Below are positions 63,204-64,000 of a DNA stretch of 64,000 bases, piece by piece (the first letter of the stretch is position 1; each line of letters starts with the position of its first letter). The notes below the pieces were generated by a model that was given only the letters and a program-made list of their open reading frames with translations, ran no database searches and was not told the DNA's origin. The DNA is taken from NCBI GenBank assembly GCA_027310185.1, contig DAIDBH010000011.1, positions 96,001 to 160,000 of the forward strand, read 5' to 3'. The stretch is from Thermoplasmatales archaeon. GTDB lineage: Archaea; Thermoplasmatota; Thermoplasmata; Thermoplasmatales; Thermoplasmataceae. A program made the position numbers and the translations under genes.

Positions 63204-63506
63204 TTTTATAACCTAATAACCACGGGTATTTCAAATCACTTTTAACATTTTTGTTCATTTTCTATATTTATCTAATATTTGGTAATTTATCTTAGTAGGT
63301 GCGGAAATAATTACTATTTATATTTTTTATAGGTCCTGGTATAATTAATTAGAATACTAGAATGTAAAATACATGTGAAAAAGGAATTAAATAAAATAAA
63401 CTTGCAAGTTGTTAAGACTTAATGACCTGTTTATAAAAAACACTTTAGCCAGGTACGCATCTAATAAAAATAAAACTTAATTATTTATGGAGGAATTCAG
63501 GGAAGA

Positions 63507-64000
63507 ATGGAATTAGGTGCCGAGAAGGAGTATGTTGGAATAAGCGCGATTTACCAGTTTCTCGGCAATGGAGTACAGGTAGTTTCCGGATCACTGTTCT
63601 ATATATTCGCAGCAAGGATCTTTCCACCATATGATTTAGGAGTTATTGCATTATTTATTGCCATAGTAGGTCTTTTCGGCATAGTGTTCACTGTTGGTCT
63701 CAACAGCGCAATAACACATTTCATTTCATCAAACCTTAATTCCAAGGTATACTCCCCGGGAAAGACATTATTCAGGATCCTTGTGCTTGGAGTATTGCTT
63801 GCACTTGCTGGATTACTCGTAGTATACGCCTTCTCAGGATATATATCAATAATCTTCTTCCATGCAACTTCATATACATTCTACATCAAGCTACTATCCA
63901 TCGTACTATTTGGCAATATCATATTTTCCATCCTTAACGGAGCCATAATTGGGTTCGAGAAATTCAAGATATCTGCAGTTATATCCGTGATCATCTGGGT
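63507..64000 (+). CDS. Oligosaccharide flippase (Wzx/MATE-like), N-terminal part
   Basis: Manual translation from ATG 63507: MELGAEKEYVGISAIYQFLGNG...AARIFPPYDLG...VGLNSAITHFIS; open to the window end. Confidence 0.82.
   Translation, partial: MELGAEKEYVGISAIYQFLGNGVQVVSGSLFYIFAARIFPPYDLGVIALFIAIVGLFGIVFTVGLNSAITHFISSNLNSKVYSPGKTLFRILVLGVLLALAGLLVVYAFSGYISIIFFHATSYTFYIKLLSIVLFGNIIFSILNGAIIGFEKFKISAVISVIIW

Overview
This is an AT-rich archaeal chromosome segment. Gene content (class II HMG-CoA reductase, MptA, archaeal RibC/RibL, Pcc1, prefoldin, Fhs, GGAGGTG-type Shine-Dalgarno sites, many leaderless genes) points to an acidophilic Thermoplasmatales member; that taxonomy is an inference. Most of it is housekeeping or metabolic: an Lhr helicase (partial), glycerate kinase, trmI, pyrBI, gltX, a Nog1 GTPase, a cobamide-salvage cluster, SRP RNA, the riboflavin operon, mptA, pfdB, pcc1, a peptide ABC importer, an ABC-2 exporter, four MFS transporters, fhs and the start of a surface-glycan cluster. 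It also holds four tRNAs and a dead IS630 transposase. The best leads are: (1) a tandem ribbon-helix-helix regulator coupled to what looks like a catalytically dead, truncated FtsZ-fold protein; (2) a GC-rich twin-hairpin leader with identical GUCUCG loops and compensatory stem changes in front of a DHA2 MFS exporter, a candidate new archaeal riboswitch or cis-element; (3) unannotated microproteins, namely a 25-aa poly-Asp peptide heading the lhr operon, a 36-aa basic peptide, and a 53-aa ORF co-transcribed with tRNA-Ser. All calls are by eye from motifs; no searches were run.
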